From Candidatus Poseidoniales archaeon (GTDB lineage: Archaea; Thermoplasmatota; Poseidoniia; Poseidoniales; Poseidoniaceae), in the NCBI GenBank assembly GCA_003602415.1, contig QQSK01000013.1, positions 89,929 to 153,928 of the forward strand: a DNA stretch of 64,000 nucleotides. Direction: 5' to 3'. The notes beneath the pieces were generated by a model. The model was given only the letters and a program-made list of their open reading frames with translations, made no database searches and was not told the origin of the DNA. Every line of letters starts with the position of its first letter. The stretch's first letter is position 1. This document shows positions 46,201 through 56,300 of the stretch, piece after piece. The translations under genes and the position numbers were made by a program.

Positions 46201-49041
46201 TCTTTGCAAAGATGGGACGTTCAAACAATCAATGGAAGCGTTGTATCTGAGTGGATCGAAGTATCCAACAGTACTGGAATCATCGGTGGTGATTTCAATT
46301 GGGCTGTTAACCTTGGATTAACAGCAGCGGGTCAAGCAACTTACAGATTCATGATCGACGGATATGAAGGCGGAGACACACTTTGCCCACCATCTCCAAT
46401 CATATCTGATTCTGATTGTGCGATTCCATTCAATCTTTCAATCGATACATATTCTCCAACATTGGTGAACATTTCTGTTCTGAAAGCATCCAATTATGAC
46501 CCGACAATCTGGACTAACTGGAGAGGCTTGGTAGATGACACATGGGTGCTTCCTAACGCTCAACAAAAGGTTAGAGTTCTAGCACAAGATATTCCTTCGC
46601 CTCCAACAACACTGGATATGTATTACTGGGTTGAATACGACCATGATCAAGACCAGGATGGCATCGCTGACCCTGATGAATACGCATTGCTTATTCTGAA
46701 CAGTGACGGTAATGCTCCAACAGCAAACTATTCTGGAACATTCAGTGATGATGCCAACAAGGGGCAAGACCCTCCTGGAAAAGTTAGTATCTACATCGAA
46801 GGTACTGACCTAGGAGGAAACCCAATCGATGGCGGTATGCCTGGATTTGAAGACGATTTGGTAACCTATGTTTCAATGGATGCAAAGACACCGAACATCA
46901 GGAATTTCTTCATCGAAGACTCTGATGGAAACCGTCTGCACAATCCAAACGAAGGTGCTCCATTCTATCAGGGGCCTTGGAATATGACAATGTACGCTGG
47001 CAATCAATATCACCTGATTGTTGAAGCTACAGACGAAAATGGTTGGAGAGATATCAACTACTTCGAAATCGATCTAGGTCCTGAAAATATGGTTGTCTAC
47101 TATTCTCCTCGCAATGAAACAGCATGGTCAGATTCTGACGACATTCAGATTGTTCCAGCCGGTAATGATAGCGACGGACCTAAGGTTGTCAGAATGGATG
47201 GAGGACGACTAATCGATCCGTTCGAGGATGAATTCTATCTTGATTTACCTATTAGGATGAATTGGGATATTATCGGAATCGAGTCCACTACCTATGTTCC
47301 TCAATTGAGAATCAAGGATATGGATAGAGATCCTTCTTTGATGAGTGAATCTGGTGGAAGGCACAAGCAACGCTGGGTCTACAGTGACGGTATCCAGTTG
47401 GATTACAGAAATGGAATCAGTCCAACCTTCACAGATATGTCTGAGCCTTACTCACAGAATGTTGAGTTAGCGTTCGTATTCCCTGGTGACACAATCTCCA
47501 TGGAAGGCAAGTATGCGTACTTGGATGGAATCAACAATGGAGTATACGTTCTGCCTGAAGGTGAATTTACTCTTGAAGTGACCAGAGAAGCAGCAATGAT
47601 GGATGGAAACAAGGGTTACCTTGCTTATCCAGCAGGTGGTGCAGATGGTTCTAGAACCGATGGCCCAACATTGCATACCATCGATGGTGGAGCATTCAAC
47701 ATCAACATTACAGCACCTCCACTATCAAATGAATATGTATACACTTTCAAACTGGTCAATCTACCAGATGGTGCTACTGACACTACTGCAACCATCTGTG
47801 ATGGTAACAATGCATTTGGATGCGCATCATTCAAGATTAAGGTAGATGGACAGAAGCCAGAAGTTGAGAAAGATTCCTGGTCTGTAAGTTCGGGAATTAA
47901 CCAAGAAGTTCTTGGAATCACTCTACCTTCTTCTACCATGCATTGTGTGGATGTACAAGCAATAGTTGAAGAGAATGCAGCATTATTGGCCGGAGAAGTC
48001 GATTTAATGTGGTCATTCTACTCTGATGCAGATTCTAATCTAACATGGCCAGTTTACGGACAGAGATTTGGTGCAGATGCACAATCTCATCCAATGGACT
48101 TGAAGATTCAAGGTGGCGACTACTTGCTCAGTGCTGATTGTGTTGACCTTTGGCCAGACCCACAAGATCCAACTCAGGCACAAATTACTACAGTCGATGT
48201 TGTCATGTGGATTGAAGGACGAGACTCAGCAGGATGGACTATCGATGGTGGCGGCCCTAACAGCGCAGGTGGAATCAGTTCTATCTGGTCATCAGACCCA
48301 GTTCATAACTCGCAATACAGGCTCGTTCACGAACAAGCCAAGTTCAGTGTAATCGATGTCAGAATGACGCCGAAGAGTCCAGAAGTAGGGGATGTTCCTG
48401 AACTAGAAATTTCACTTCAGAACATTGGAACCAAGGATGGAAACATTACACTTGAGGTGCAATCTGTCAAAGAAGGCGGATTCCCTACAACAGAAATCAC
48501 CTGGACTACAGATGAAATTGCTCAAGGAACAATGGCTAACGTATTCGTTACAGACTTAGAGATATTCGCAAACCCTACAAGTGGAATGTATTTCCTAATT
48601 GTAGATGCAGAAACCAATGAAGTACTTTGGAATGGTTCAGAGAACTCTAAGTCATTCAATGTCGCTGAAGCAAGCGATGATGAAGGATTTTTGTCAGGTT
48701 CTGGAATGTTGATAGTCATTGGATTAGCAACTCTGATTCTAATTCTATTGGTCGCAGTTGTAATCTTGGCACGAAGAGATTCTGGTGATGGTACTTACGA
48801 ATACGAGTATGAGTATGATGAGGAAGACAAGTCATACGCTGATATTCCGTCAGCCGGAACTGCAGCAGGGCCACCATCTTCAGGACCTCCATCTGCGGGG
48901 CCTCCTCCTACGTCCGTGGACCCATTGATGGCAGCAGCATTAGCTGAATTCCCACAATGGGATGAGGCTACTATCCAAGGATACTTCGATCAGGGCTGGG
49001 ATATAGACAGCCTACGTGATTGGGTTAACAGCAATCAGTGA
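43207..49041 (+). CDS. Very large membrane-anchored acidic surface protein
   Basis: Signal peptide; beta-rich repeats (GWFIDDF jelly-roll-like, CARDB-like LQNIG); C-terminal TM and Pro-rich tail. Confidence 0.85.
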   Translation: MNENKNGITALVLTCLMLITPLAGAADVTTFSNGGSDVTVEVRDSAEYTNYEDGTISLPSGDTVTSASMKISTDMATHETFTSINSETAQYVWDPVYNNQQTEYSTLTDFTYHEDTVQLVSGGFSTDFERSESSFFDHTVPPVYDGTGWQHGTLSEATVINDNCNTGNDCWGTNMYDWDNDYTNDDNGGGFSYSLITPEMEVDPSSHIARFSSWHGMHWTQTNPGSNPTNTYYDCGYVMVRNSSSPNFPPPDMGWSYIPFDATNSTGISYANGLYPIGSGNGKIQNCDGLTGTDYAIGGESTHPTTNPSGWATLAVNLNEHIHKYVQLKFVMSHNNGAGTPENTTMPGWFIDDFRIGDPLPQSGSMTVKGFTPQQSPNPGFPDGYGVLTMEQETTPTNSLTVTALRGGTTDIVVDKFGELMTGLEGPIVELWDIDSADYPVIDLRFDFDTGQYRLSTAVLHGINVGTRVGTGMNDTNVVLSPMIQDGVWQTSGGGQPLFYTPTLTDNTFTPTLYSTKFSQPIVGVTPVVVDDCTESPGVELNLRDNSIHNLTVGQKWIPDDPIFGFSSVVSYANPCGLSELWFDLEFGHSAEAVELDIANDGDIEWAMNEPAFGSFGRQTVFWAGYAEGVNHAMHESTLTLNTFGEATGGSFMLPMGADVSIADIILSDNTAGDFDLTLRSSGQEVSLGTMANQSLISYETVFPMFAFNDAINSLLTNPLLQASHIDNYGNEWATFHFDVANENAPSGTQVVFGHLDIVYEWDTTIGGSSNFDRELNQGIALGSGSTVEVPLSLSAGSGGAVMFSDLSVTTSTGYDSSLTLTGSPEGLYPNGDIVEAVSIHSVDSSTGTSFAESRLRMESSSGVVELAFSELSLFTEAYDPDNLVTMESSSYTEVGDEMHVTWRFRINTAWEDTAELRLYASLIAANGVNGMPGAVVLAPSNGNAIENDAMIASFELQNDAGVTQNLESASSNQNINLVGSIRLEGLDVAPDPTSYNLSLQRWDVQTINGSVVSEWIEVSNSTGIIGGDFNWAVNLGLTAAGQATYRFMIDGYEGGDTLCPPSPIISDSDCAIPFNLSIDTYSPTLVNISVLKASNYDPTIWTNWRGLVDDTWVLPNAQQKVRVLAQDIPSPPTTLDMYYWVEYDHDQDQDGIADPDEYALLILNSDGNAPTANYSGTFSDDANKGQDPPGKVSIYIEGTDLGGNPIDGGMPGFEDDLVTYVSMDAKTPNIRNFFIEDSDGNRLHNPNEGAPFYQGPWNMTMYAGNQYHLIVEATDENGWRDINYFEIDLGPENMVVYYSPRNETAWSDSDDIQIVPAGNDSDGPKVVRMDGGRLIDPFEDEFYLDLPIRMNWDIIGIESTTYVPQLRIKDMDRDPSLMSESGGRHKQRWVYSDGIQLDYRNGISPTFTDMSEPYSQNVELAFVFPGDTISMEGKYAYLDGINNGVYVLPEGEFTLEVTREAAMMDGNKGYLAYPAGGADGSRTDGPTLHTIDGGAFNINITAPPLSNEYVYTFKLVNLPDGATDTTATICDGNNAFGCASFKIKVDGQKPEVEKDSWSVSSGINQEVLGITLPSSTMHCVDVQAIVEENAALLAGEVDLMWSFYSDADSNLTWPVYGQRFGADAQSHPMDLKIQGGDYLLSADCVDLWPDPQDPTQAQITTVDVVMWIEGRDSAGWTIDGGGPNSAGGISSIWSSDPVHNSQYRLVHEQAKFSVIDVRMTPKSPEVGDVPELEISLQNIGTKDGNITLEVQSVKEGGFPTTEITWTTDEIAQGTMANVFVTDLEIFANPTSGMYFLIVDAETNEVLWNGSENSKSFNVAEASDDEGFLSGSGMLIVIGLATLILILLVAVVILARRDSGDGTYEYEYEYDEEDKSYADIPSAGTAAGPPSSGPPSAGPPPTSVDPLMAAALAEFPQWDEATIQGYFDQGWDIDSLRDWVNSNQ

Positions 49042-49047
49042 TTCATC

Positions 49048-49845
49048 ATGAATCTTGATTGGGAAGACATACATTGGAAAGACCCAGATGGTGGCACAAT
49101 TGTGCTGCATGGGATTCTTCCAACAGTAGTTCTGCCTAATGGCATGAGGCCCAGATTTAATTGGCATGGTTTAGGCATAATGGGCTCGAGTGAAGAGATT
49201 GAAGTTTGGACTGAAGAGGAAAAGGCAGAATTGAAAGATTCTGGAATAAATCTCGATAGTGCAATCCTGAATGGAGGGCTAGACAGTCTGTATTTGGAAA
49301 TGCTCACTTGGGTCGAAGGATTACAAGTGGGAAGATTCCCAGACCCAGAACCGCGCAGATTGCATAAGGCAGCAGTCAATCATGACCGTCCAGTTTTCTT
49401 TGCAGAACCGGATATGGATGATGAATCCTGGGCAACCTATCTCGAGAAAGAAGCGAAAGCAATGACTCGTCCTCGTAAATTATTGAAAATGATATTTGTT
49501 TCAAGACGTTGGAGAAAGTGCATCAAGAAAATGCGTAAGCACGTAATCGAACAACCGGTCCGAGAGCCAGATGGATTACAAGCAGCTAGTGCTCTTGCAG
49601 CCACCTGGTGGACTCTAAACAGAGAAAACTCGGAACAGGATTTGAATGAGGAAAAAGACTTGAGATTCGCAGGACGCCTAAGAGGAGGATTGGCGAAATT
49701 GAGAGAGGATTTCAAAGATGATGCATTACTCTTAGTGCCAATACAACAGGCTGGTAGAAAATCTATGCTAGCCGCATTAGAAAAACTTCCAGAACCAGAG
49801 GAGAGTTCTTCACTTGCCTCCTCCTCGGATGGAGAGGAGGAGTGA
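49048..49845 (+). CDS. Hypothetical protein
   Basis: 265-codon ORF, operon-packed. Confidence 0.7.
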   Translation: MNLDWEDIHWKDPDGGTIVLHGILPTVVLPNGMRPRFNWHGLGIMGSSEEIEVWTEEEKAELKDSGINLDSAILNGGLDSLYLEMLTWVEGLQVGRFPDPEPRRLHKAAVNHDRPVFFAEPDMDDESWATYLEKEAKAMTRPRKLLKMIFVSRRWRKCIKKMRKHVIEQPVREPDGLQAASALAATWWTLNRENSEQDLNEEKDLRFAGRLRGGLAKLREDFKDDALLLVPIQQAGRKSMLAALEKLPEPEESSSLASSSDGEEE

Positions 49846-50387
49846 TTATGAGCGGTTCAAATAAAATCGATGTTCGTGTCGATAACCTTCTGGTGAGATT
49901 CACCCCAACACCTGCTGTAGACCTTGAAGAAGCGGTTGAGAGACTTGGTGGAGTAGTCAATGGCGACGTCATTATCAAGATGTTAGATGCTCCTAGAGCG
50001 ACTTTGATTATCGATGCTGAAGGTCGAATTATTGTCCATGGAACACATCGTATCGAAGCAGCCAGAGCAGCAGCAAAGGAAATGCTACTGCGAATGGGAA
50101 GAGATGATTCAGGACTGGTTACCGAATTAGGACCAATCGTAGCCTCATTTGATTTTGGCGAAACTGTACCAATTCACAATATTCGTTCAAATTTAGGAAG
50201 CGGCACTTCCTCTGTTGATGAAAGACTTGGCTGCCTTAGAATAGAAGACTCTCGACATGATCTGGAATTATTGATTTGGCCAAATGGTCGCTGTGTAGCT
50301 CTGAATGCTCGACACCCTAACATGGTGGCAATGTCTGCAGTTCATTGGAAGTCGAAATTCGCTGATAAGAAATCTCTCAAGGCGTGA
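49842..50387 (+). CDS. Degenerate TATA-binding-protein-like protein
   Basis: 181 aa, two repeats: PRATLIIDAEGRIIVHG / HDLELLIWPNGRCVALN, plus VDNLLVRF / GPIVASF. Confidence 0.6.
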   Translation: MIMSGSNKIDVRVDNLLVRFTPTPAVDLEEAVERLGGVVNGDVIIKMLDAPRATLIIDAEGRIIVHGTHRIEAARAAAKEMLLRMGRDDSGLVTELGPIVASFDFGETVPIHNIRSNLGSGTSSVDERLGCLRIEDSRHDLELLIWPNGRCVALNARHPNMVAMSAVHWKSKFADKKSLKA

Positions 50388-51235
50388 GTCAAATGGATTG
50401 GAATGGACCAATCCTCGATGACCATTTCCATCTAAACCGTAACGGTAGATTCTTGGATGCTGCTAGAGATTTTTTACGAGTAGGCGGTACGGATTTAGTA
50501 CTGGTTCACTGTCCCGATTTCGCTTCACCTCCAGTCACAAGGCAAGGGCACAAGGATGCCTATGCAGATACGATTGCCATGGCTGAACAAGTTAGAGAAT
50601 TAGGCCTAGGTGTACGAGTCATTTTGGGCCCTCATCCGGCAGCGTTTGCTCACCAATTCGAAACACTTGGAGATAGAGCTGAAGAAAATTACTGGGATAG
50701 TATTGAGACGGCATTGGAGTTTGTTCACGAAGGTAAAGCACACGGTATTGGTGAAGTAGGAAGGCCCCACTGGAAGGTTACCGATGAGATTTGGAGTCGC
50801 TCAAACACTCTATTGTTAGAGACTATGCAACTGGCGGCTAAGGAAGGAATACCTCTGCAATTGCACGTTGAAGGCGAATCGGATGAAACCTATGGTGATC
50901 TTGCTGTAATGGCAGACAAGGCAGGTCTAGCAAGAGAGAAACTGGTTAGGCATTATGCACCACCTAGAGTAGATGAATCCTATACTCATGGGCTAACTCC
51001 AAGTGTTCTGGCAGGTAGTGGTTCAATAGACCAATTAATGGCGACATTTGAATCATCATCACATGGTTTCATGCTTGAAACCGACTACATGGACGACCCC
51101 AGGAGGCCAGGTGCAGTTTTGGGGCCAAAGACAGTTCCTAAACGGACCAGACAATTACTGGCCGCAGGTTTAGACGAAGAGGTTCTGTATCTCTGTCACA
51201 GAGATTTACCAAACAGGATTTATGGGGAAATGTAA
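50384..51235 (+). CDS. TatD-family metal-dependent hydrolase
   Basis: DDHFH, GEVGRPH, QLHVE, ETDYMDD. Confidence 0.88.
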   Translation: MSQMDWNGPILDDHFHLNRNGRFLDAARDFLRVGGTDLVLVHCPDFASPPVTRQGHKDAYADTIAMAEQVRELGLGVRVILGPHPAAFAHQFETLGDRAEENYWDSIETALEFVHEGKAHGIGEVGRPHWKVTDEIWSRSNTLLLETMQLAAKEGIPLQLHVEGESDETYGDLAVMADKAGLAREKLVRHYAPPRVDESYTHGLTPSVLAGSGSIDQLMATFESSSHGFMLETDYMDDPRRPGAVLGPKTVPKRTRQLLAAGLDEEVLYLCHRDLPNRIYGEM

Positions 51236-51291
51236 ACCAGCCCCCCAAAGAGTTCATGACCTTGGATATATTCGCACGGTTTGGTGGAAAC

Positions 51292-52422
51292 ATGAAGAGA
51301 GTGTTACTTATCTCAATCCTCATGTTATGTTTGCTTGTTCCTATGAATGCACAAGCACAATTTCCTCCGATCGGTGTAGAAGTCGAATGTGACCAGTCTA
51401 CCATCAATATCAATGTACACCCTGAACAGAATGAGCCGGTCTCAGTTTCTTGCACGGTCAAGAATACAGGTTCAGTTTCTCAAAATATCGATATTGAGAG
51501 TGAATTAGATGGTAACGATTTCTCTCTGGTTCTATCTGAAGACACATTTGAGCAAGTAGAGGCAGGTGGTGAAGAACCCTTCATCGCAACGTTTTCTGCA
51601 TCACCAAGAATCGAGGTCTTGTCTGAAGATTTTACAATTACTGCAAGAATTACCAGTTGGGGTACTGAGCCAATAATGATTCCTTGGGGTCAATTCAATT
51701 CGACCTCAGAGGTTGGAGGAACAGTCAACTCTTTGCCATATTCTAGAATGGATTTGGAAGTCTCAAACCCTTCTACAAGGAACATCGAAGTTTCTGAAGA
51801 AGCAACCATTCAATTCACGATTTTCAATGATGGAAATCGAATAGACAATCTTGAGGTCGTGATTGTAAATCAGCAAGAAATTGAAGATGCTGGTTTCAAA
51901 TTCGTTTCAGACCCGTTCTTCCGTGCTACTGTGAATCCAGGAGCATCTTCTGACCAAGGCAATATTATTCTTGAAGCACCTAGTGATGCTTCCAGTGAGA
52001 TTTCAATACAGGTCGAACTTCTAGCATATTCTAAACTTGATACCAATGCTGAAGCCAGTGAAGTTTCAATTCGTGTAGTGGTTGCAGCATCTAGCGGAGG
52101 CGGGGGCTCAATCGGCCTTGATGACTTTGAAACACTTGATGGAGACAGTATGGCAATGATTGGAATGGCCGCTGGTGGCCTATTCGGTGTCATCATCCTA
52201 TTGGTCATCATCTCAAGGCTGACCAAGAAAGCAGGTAAGCAGAAAATTGCTGCAAAGGAAGCAAAGAAAGCGGCTAAGGCTGAGCGCAAAGCGGGACGTG
52301 CTTCAAAGAAAGCCGATGTTGCAGAAGAAGAATTCGATGATGATTTCGACGATGATTTGGATTTAGGAGATCTCGACGACCTTGACGACCTCGATGACGA
52401 CTTCGATTTCGACGACCTTTGA
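51292..52422 (+). CDS. Membrane-anchored secreted Ig-like protein with an acidic tail
   Basis: Signal peptide, NxGN repeats, TM segment, Lys/Ala stretch then Asp-rich C-terminus. Confidence 0.78.
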   Translation: MKRVLLISILMLCLLVPMNAQAQFPPIGVEVECDQSTININVHPEQNEPVSVSCTVKNTGSVSQNIDIESELDGNDFSLVLSEDTFEQVEAGGEEPFIATFSASPRIEVLSEDFTITARITSWGTEPIMIPWGQFNSTSEVGGTVNSLPYSRMDLEVSNPSTRNIEVSEEATIQFTIFNDGNRIDNLEVVIVNQQEIEDAGFKFVSDPFFRATVNPGASSDQGNIILEAPSDASSEISIQVELLAYSKLDTNAEASEVSIRVVVAASSGGGGSIGLDDFETLDGDSMAMIGMAAGGLFGVIILLVIISRLTKKAGKQKIAAKEAKKAAKAERKAGRASKKADVAEEEFDDDFDDDLDLGDLDDLDDLDDDFDFDDL

Positions 52423-52520
52423 CGATTTCTTAAATCGGCGGCTAAATTTTTCCACCCTTCTAATGTGTTTCACAGGCCTTTCATTCATGGTAACAGTCAT
52501 AGGCGTAGTGGCTAAGGAAA

Positions 52521-52541
52521 CACCTACCCTAAGGGTAGGTG
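52521..52541. promoter_or_regulatory. Perfect hairpin overlapping the fabI SD
   Basis: CACCTACCC TAA GGGTAGGTG; ATG at 52548. Confidence 0.55.
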
Positions 52542-52547
52542 CTAATC

Positions 52548-53342
52548 ATGCTTGGTTTACAAGGTAAAGTTGCATTCGTTTTTGGCGTGGCCAGTGAAGA
52601 CTCAATTGCATGGGCTATTTGCAAAAGTTTAGCCGATGCAGGAGTCACTCTGTATCTGGGATATCAGAAGAGATTCATGTCTCGTGTATTCCAATTGAAA
52701 GACAAACTGCCAGCCATTGCGGGATTCTATCCATTGGATGTTGCAAACGATGCGGACACCAAAGAATTCTTCGATGCATTCGGCAAAGAGAATCCCGGCA
52801 TGAAAGCTGACATCTTGATTCATGCTATCGGTTTTGCACCACGAGAATGTTTTGATAGGCCGATATTATTCGTTGATGATGAAAGTATCAATACTGCATA
52901 CACAATTTCTGCAAACTCATTGCAACGTTGCCTAAAATTCGCATTACCTTATCTAAATCCTGGCTCATCAACAATCACTCTAACCTATGCGGCTTCTACA
53001 AGGCACGTCCCTTCCTATGGAATCATGAGTATGGCAAAAGCAGCACTAGAATGCTGGACTAGAGAATTAGCTTGTCATCTTGGGCCTGAAGGACACCGAG
53101 TCAATGCGATATCTAGTGGGCCGATTAGAACGATTGCTGCTAGCGGTATTCCTGGGTTTGACAACATCCTTGACCATGTTGCTGCCAATTCGCCACTGCG
53201 TCGAAATGTTACACAAACAGATGTTGCAGGATGCACAACATGGTTGGCAAGCCCTCTGTCATCTGGTGTGACTGGACAATGTATACACGTCGATGCTGGA
53301 TATTCGATCACTATGGTTCCTCCAAGCATTATGGGTGAGTGA
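52548..53342 (+). CDS. fabI: Enoyl-ACP reductase
   Basis: GVASEDSIAWAI, HAIGFAP, Y-GIMSMA-K (Yx6K), RVNAISSGPIRT. Confidence 0.92.
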   Translation: MLGLQGKVAFVFGVASEDSIAWAICKSLADAGVTLYLGYQKRFMSRVFQLKDKLPAIAGFYPLDVANDADTKEFFDAFGKENPGMKADILIHAIGFAPRECFDRPILFVDDESINTAYTISANSLQRCLKFALPYLNPGSSTITLTYAASTRHVPSYGIMSMAKAALECWTRELACHLGPEGHRVNAISSGPIRTIAASGIPGFDNILDHVAANSPLRRNVTQTDVAGCTTWLASPLSSGVTGQCIHVDAGYSITMVPPSIMGE

Positions 53343-53346
53343 AAAA

Positions 53347-56300
53347 ATGACAATCACTACGACAAACGGTAAGCAAGTCGATGGCCTAAATCAGGCTCCT
53401 TTCGAGCCTGTTGCGGTTATTGGAATGGCTGCATTGATGCCAGATGCCACTTCAATGGAAGAGTTTTGGCAGAATATTATCGATGCGCATGTCTCTATCA
53501 AAGAGGTATCCAAAGATAGATGGGACCCAGATATCTATTGGGAGAATGGGGCTCCAGGCAACGTTACCGAAGGCAAGACATATTCTAAAATCGGAGGATT
53601 CGTAGAAGACTATGAGTTCGATTGGCGAAGGTGGAGGCAACCTCCAGGTACTCTTCCACAAATCGACCCATGTCAACTTTGGGCGGTAACCGTATCAGCA
53701 GATGCAATCGATGATGCAGGATACGGAGAAGGTGGGAAAACACTGGACAGAGCAAGGACTGGAGTCATTTTCGCTAATGCTTTAGGGGGGGAAAATCGCT
53801 CAGAATCAAACATCAGAATTTTTAGTTCTGAAATGAGGAAGATTGCTCTAGATAACGGAGCAACTCCAGAACAAGCAGATGCGATGGTAGAGAAAATGTG
53901 CGAGGGCAAACCTCGTATCGATGAAGATACAATGCCAGGAGAATTGGCTAATGTAGTCAGTGGGAGAGTTGCAAATCTTCTAGATCTGCAAGGTCCAAAT
54001 TATTCCACAGATGCGGCTTGTGCTTCGTCTATGGCTGCACTTCTAGACGCATGTAGACTTCTACAAACACGCCAGGTAGACACAATGCTAGCAGGTGCAA
54101 CAGACCGTTGCATGGAAGCTCCGACCTACGCTAAGTTTAGCGCAATCGGCGCACTTTCTCCAAGCCACTCTACTCCTTTCGATGCCCGTGCTAATGGATT
54201 CGTTATGGGTGAAGGAGCAGGTGTTCTTCTTCTCAAGAGATTGTCTGATGCAATCGATGCCGGTGACGACATCAAAGCAGTAATTCGCGGAGTAGGTGGT
54301 TCTTCGGATGGTAGAGGGAAAGGGATAACCGCTCCTAGTCAAAGAGGGCAAGTCCAAGCGGTAAGTCGAGCATATTCACAAGCGGGTTACGAGCCTTCAA
54401 CAGTAGAGTTAGTCGAAGCGCATGGTACTTCAACCAAGGTTGGTGATGCAACGGAATTGTCGACATTGTCTCTATTGTGGACAGGCTTGGATGGGGGAGA
54501 CCACATCGCAGTGGGTTCAGTCAAGAGTCAAATTGGGCATCTGAAAGCGGCTGCAGGAATTGCTGGAATCATGAAAGCATGTAATTCAGTATATCACAAG
54601 ACAATACCTCCTAGTGCAGGGTTCCAAACTCCAAACCCAACGGTTGAATGGGACGAGATACCATTTTTCGTACCAACAGAAGCTAGAGACTGGCCAGAGC
54701 CAGAATCTCACCCACGTAGGGCAGGAATCTCAGCATTCGGCTTCGGTGGAACAAATTTCCACGTAGCAGTTGAGGGCTATGACCTCGAATATCACTCCAA
54801 ATTAGTAGAACACTGGAATGGGAGATGGGAAGCATATGCAGGAATCGAATCTTCTTCATCTGAAGCCAAACCAACTATGACGCACGAGGAGTTGAAGGCT
54901 GTTGAAGGCGGATTACTACTATTGTCTGGTGACTCGATAGATTCTCTCAAGTCAAAATTGAGTGCACTTACATTCTCTGGTCCAAACTTTGACGATGATC
55001 CACGAGGCATGCGTCTATCATTTACTCTAGACTCTCACTGGTCTTTCGATGTTAAAGACACAGTCAGAATGGCTTTGTCAGCCACCAGTTGGGCTGAGTT
55101 TAACAAACGTAAGGACTTGGCAATCAAGGCTATGGATGACAAGGAGAAATGGGGCTTTTTGATGAGTCAAGGCATCATGATTAGCGATACTCCTGCACTG
55201 CCTAAACAAGCAAAAGTCGCACACATGTATCCTGGTCAAGGAAGCCAATATGTTGGTATGACCAACGACTTACATTCTCGTTTCAGTGGCGTAGGCGATG
55301 TTTGGGACAAGGCTGATGTTACCATGGTCGATGTTTTGGATGGAGAGACATTGTCTTCTTTCGTACTTCGTGATGGATTAACCGCTGAAGAAATGAAAGA
55401 GGCTGAGCACAAACTCAAGCAGACTGAATATACTCAACCCGCAATGTTGACAGCAGATTTAGCAATTGAAGCGGCACTGAATGCTCACGGACATAAGCCA
55501 GATATGGTGGCTGGGCACAGTTTAGGAGAATATGCAGCACTAATGAGTGCAGGTATTCTTGACATGGATGGTGCATTGAGAGCGGCAGCAGCTCGTGGTA
55601 CTGAAATGGGTAGTGTCGAAATTGATGACAAAGGCTTGATGGCTAGTGTAACCGCACCTTACGATAGAATCGCAGAGATTATCGAAGAAGTGGACGGTTA
55701 TGTCATTGCAGCAAATAAAAACTCACCGAAGATGACGGTAATCGCTGGAGAAACCGAACCCGTAAAGCAAGCAATGTCACGCTTTGAGGCTGAAGGTTTC
55801 CAGTGTGTTGCATTAGCAACAAGCCACGCATTCCATTCTCGAATCGTTGCACCTGCAAACGAACCACTTCGCAGATTCTTAGAAGGGCTGGACATTAGAT
55901 GGCCAAAAATCCCGATCACCAGCAACGTTGACGGCGGGTGGTATCCAATGGATGATGGCGGCGATTCAAAGGCAGCAATACTATCCAAACTTGCACCTCA
56001 AATGGCATCAAGTGTTGAATGGACTTCGCAGATAAATTCGATGTATGATGCAGGAGCACGATTATTCCTAGAAGTAGGACCTAAGCGTGCACTCACAGTA
56101 TTCGCATCACAAATCCTTGAAGGCAAACAAGCCCTTCCAATAATGACAAATCACCCTAAGGCCGGAGGAATTGCAACGTTCCTTACCGCTTTAGGAACGC
56201 TAGCTCTTGCTGGAAGAGTTCCCGAATGGCCTGGCCCTAACAGCGCTCACTTAACTCCAGCATTCCGTGCAGGACCTATCGAGGCAGCAGGCGGAGCCAA

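Noticed and set aside
52320-52420. GACGACCT-type short repeats as CRISPR or VNTR
   Set aside because: They simply encode the Asp-rich tail
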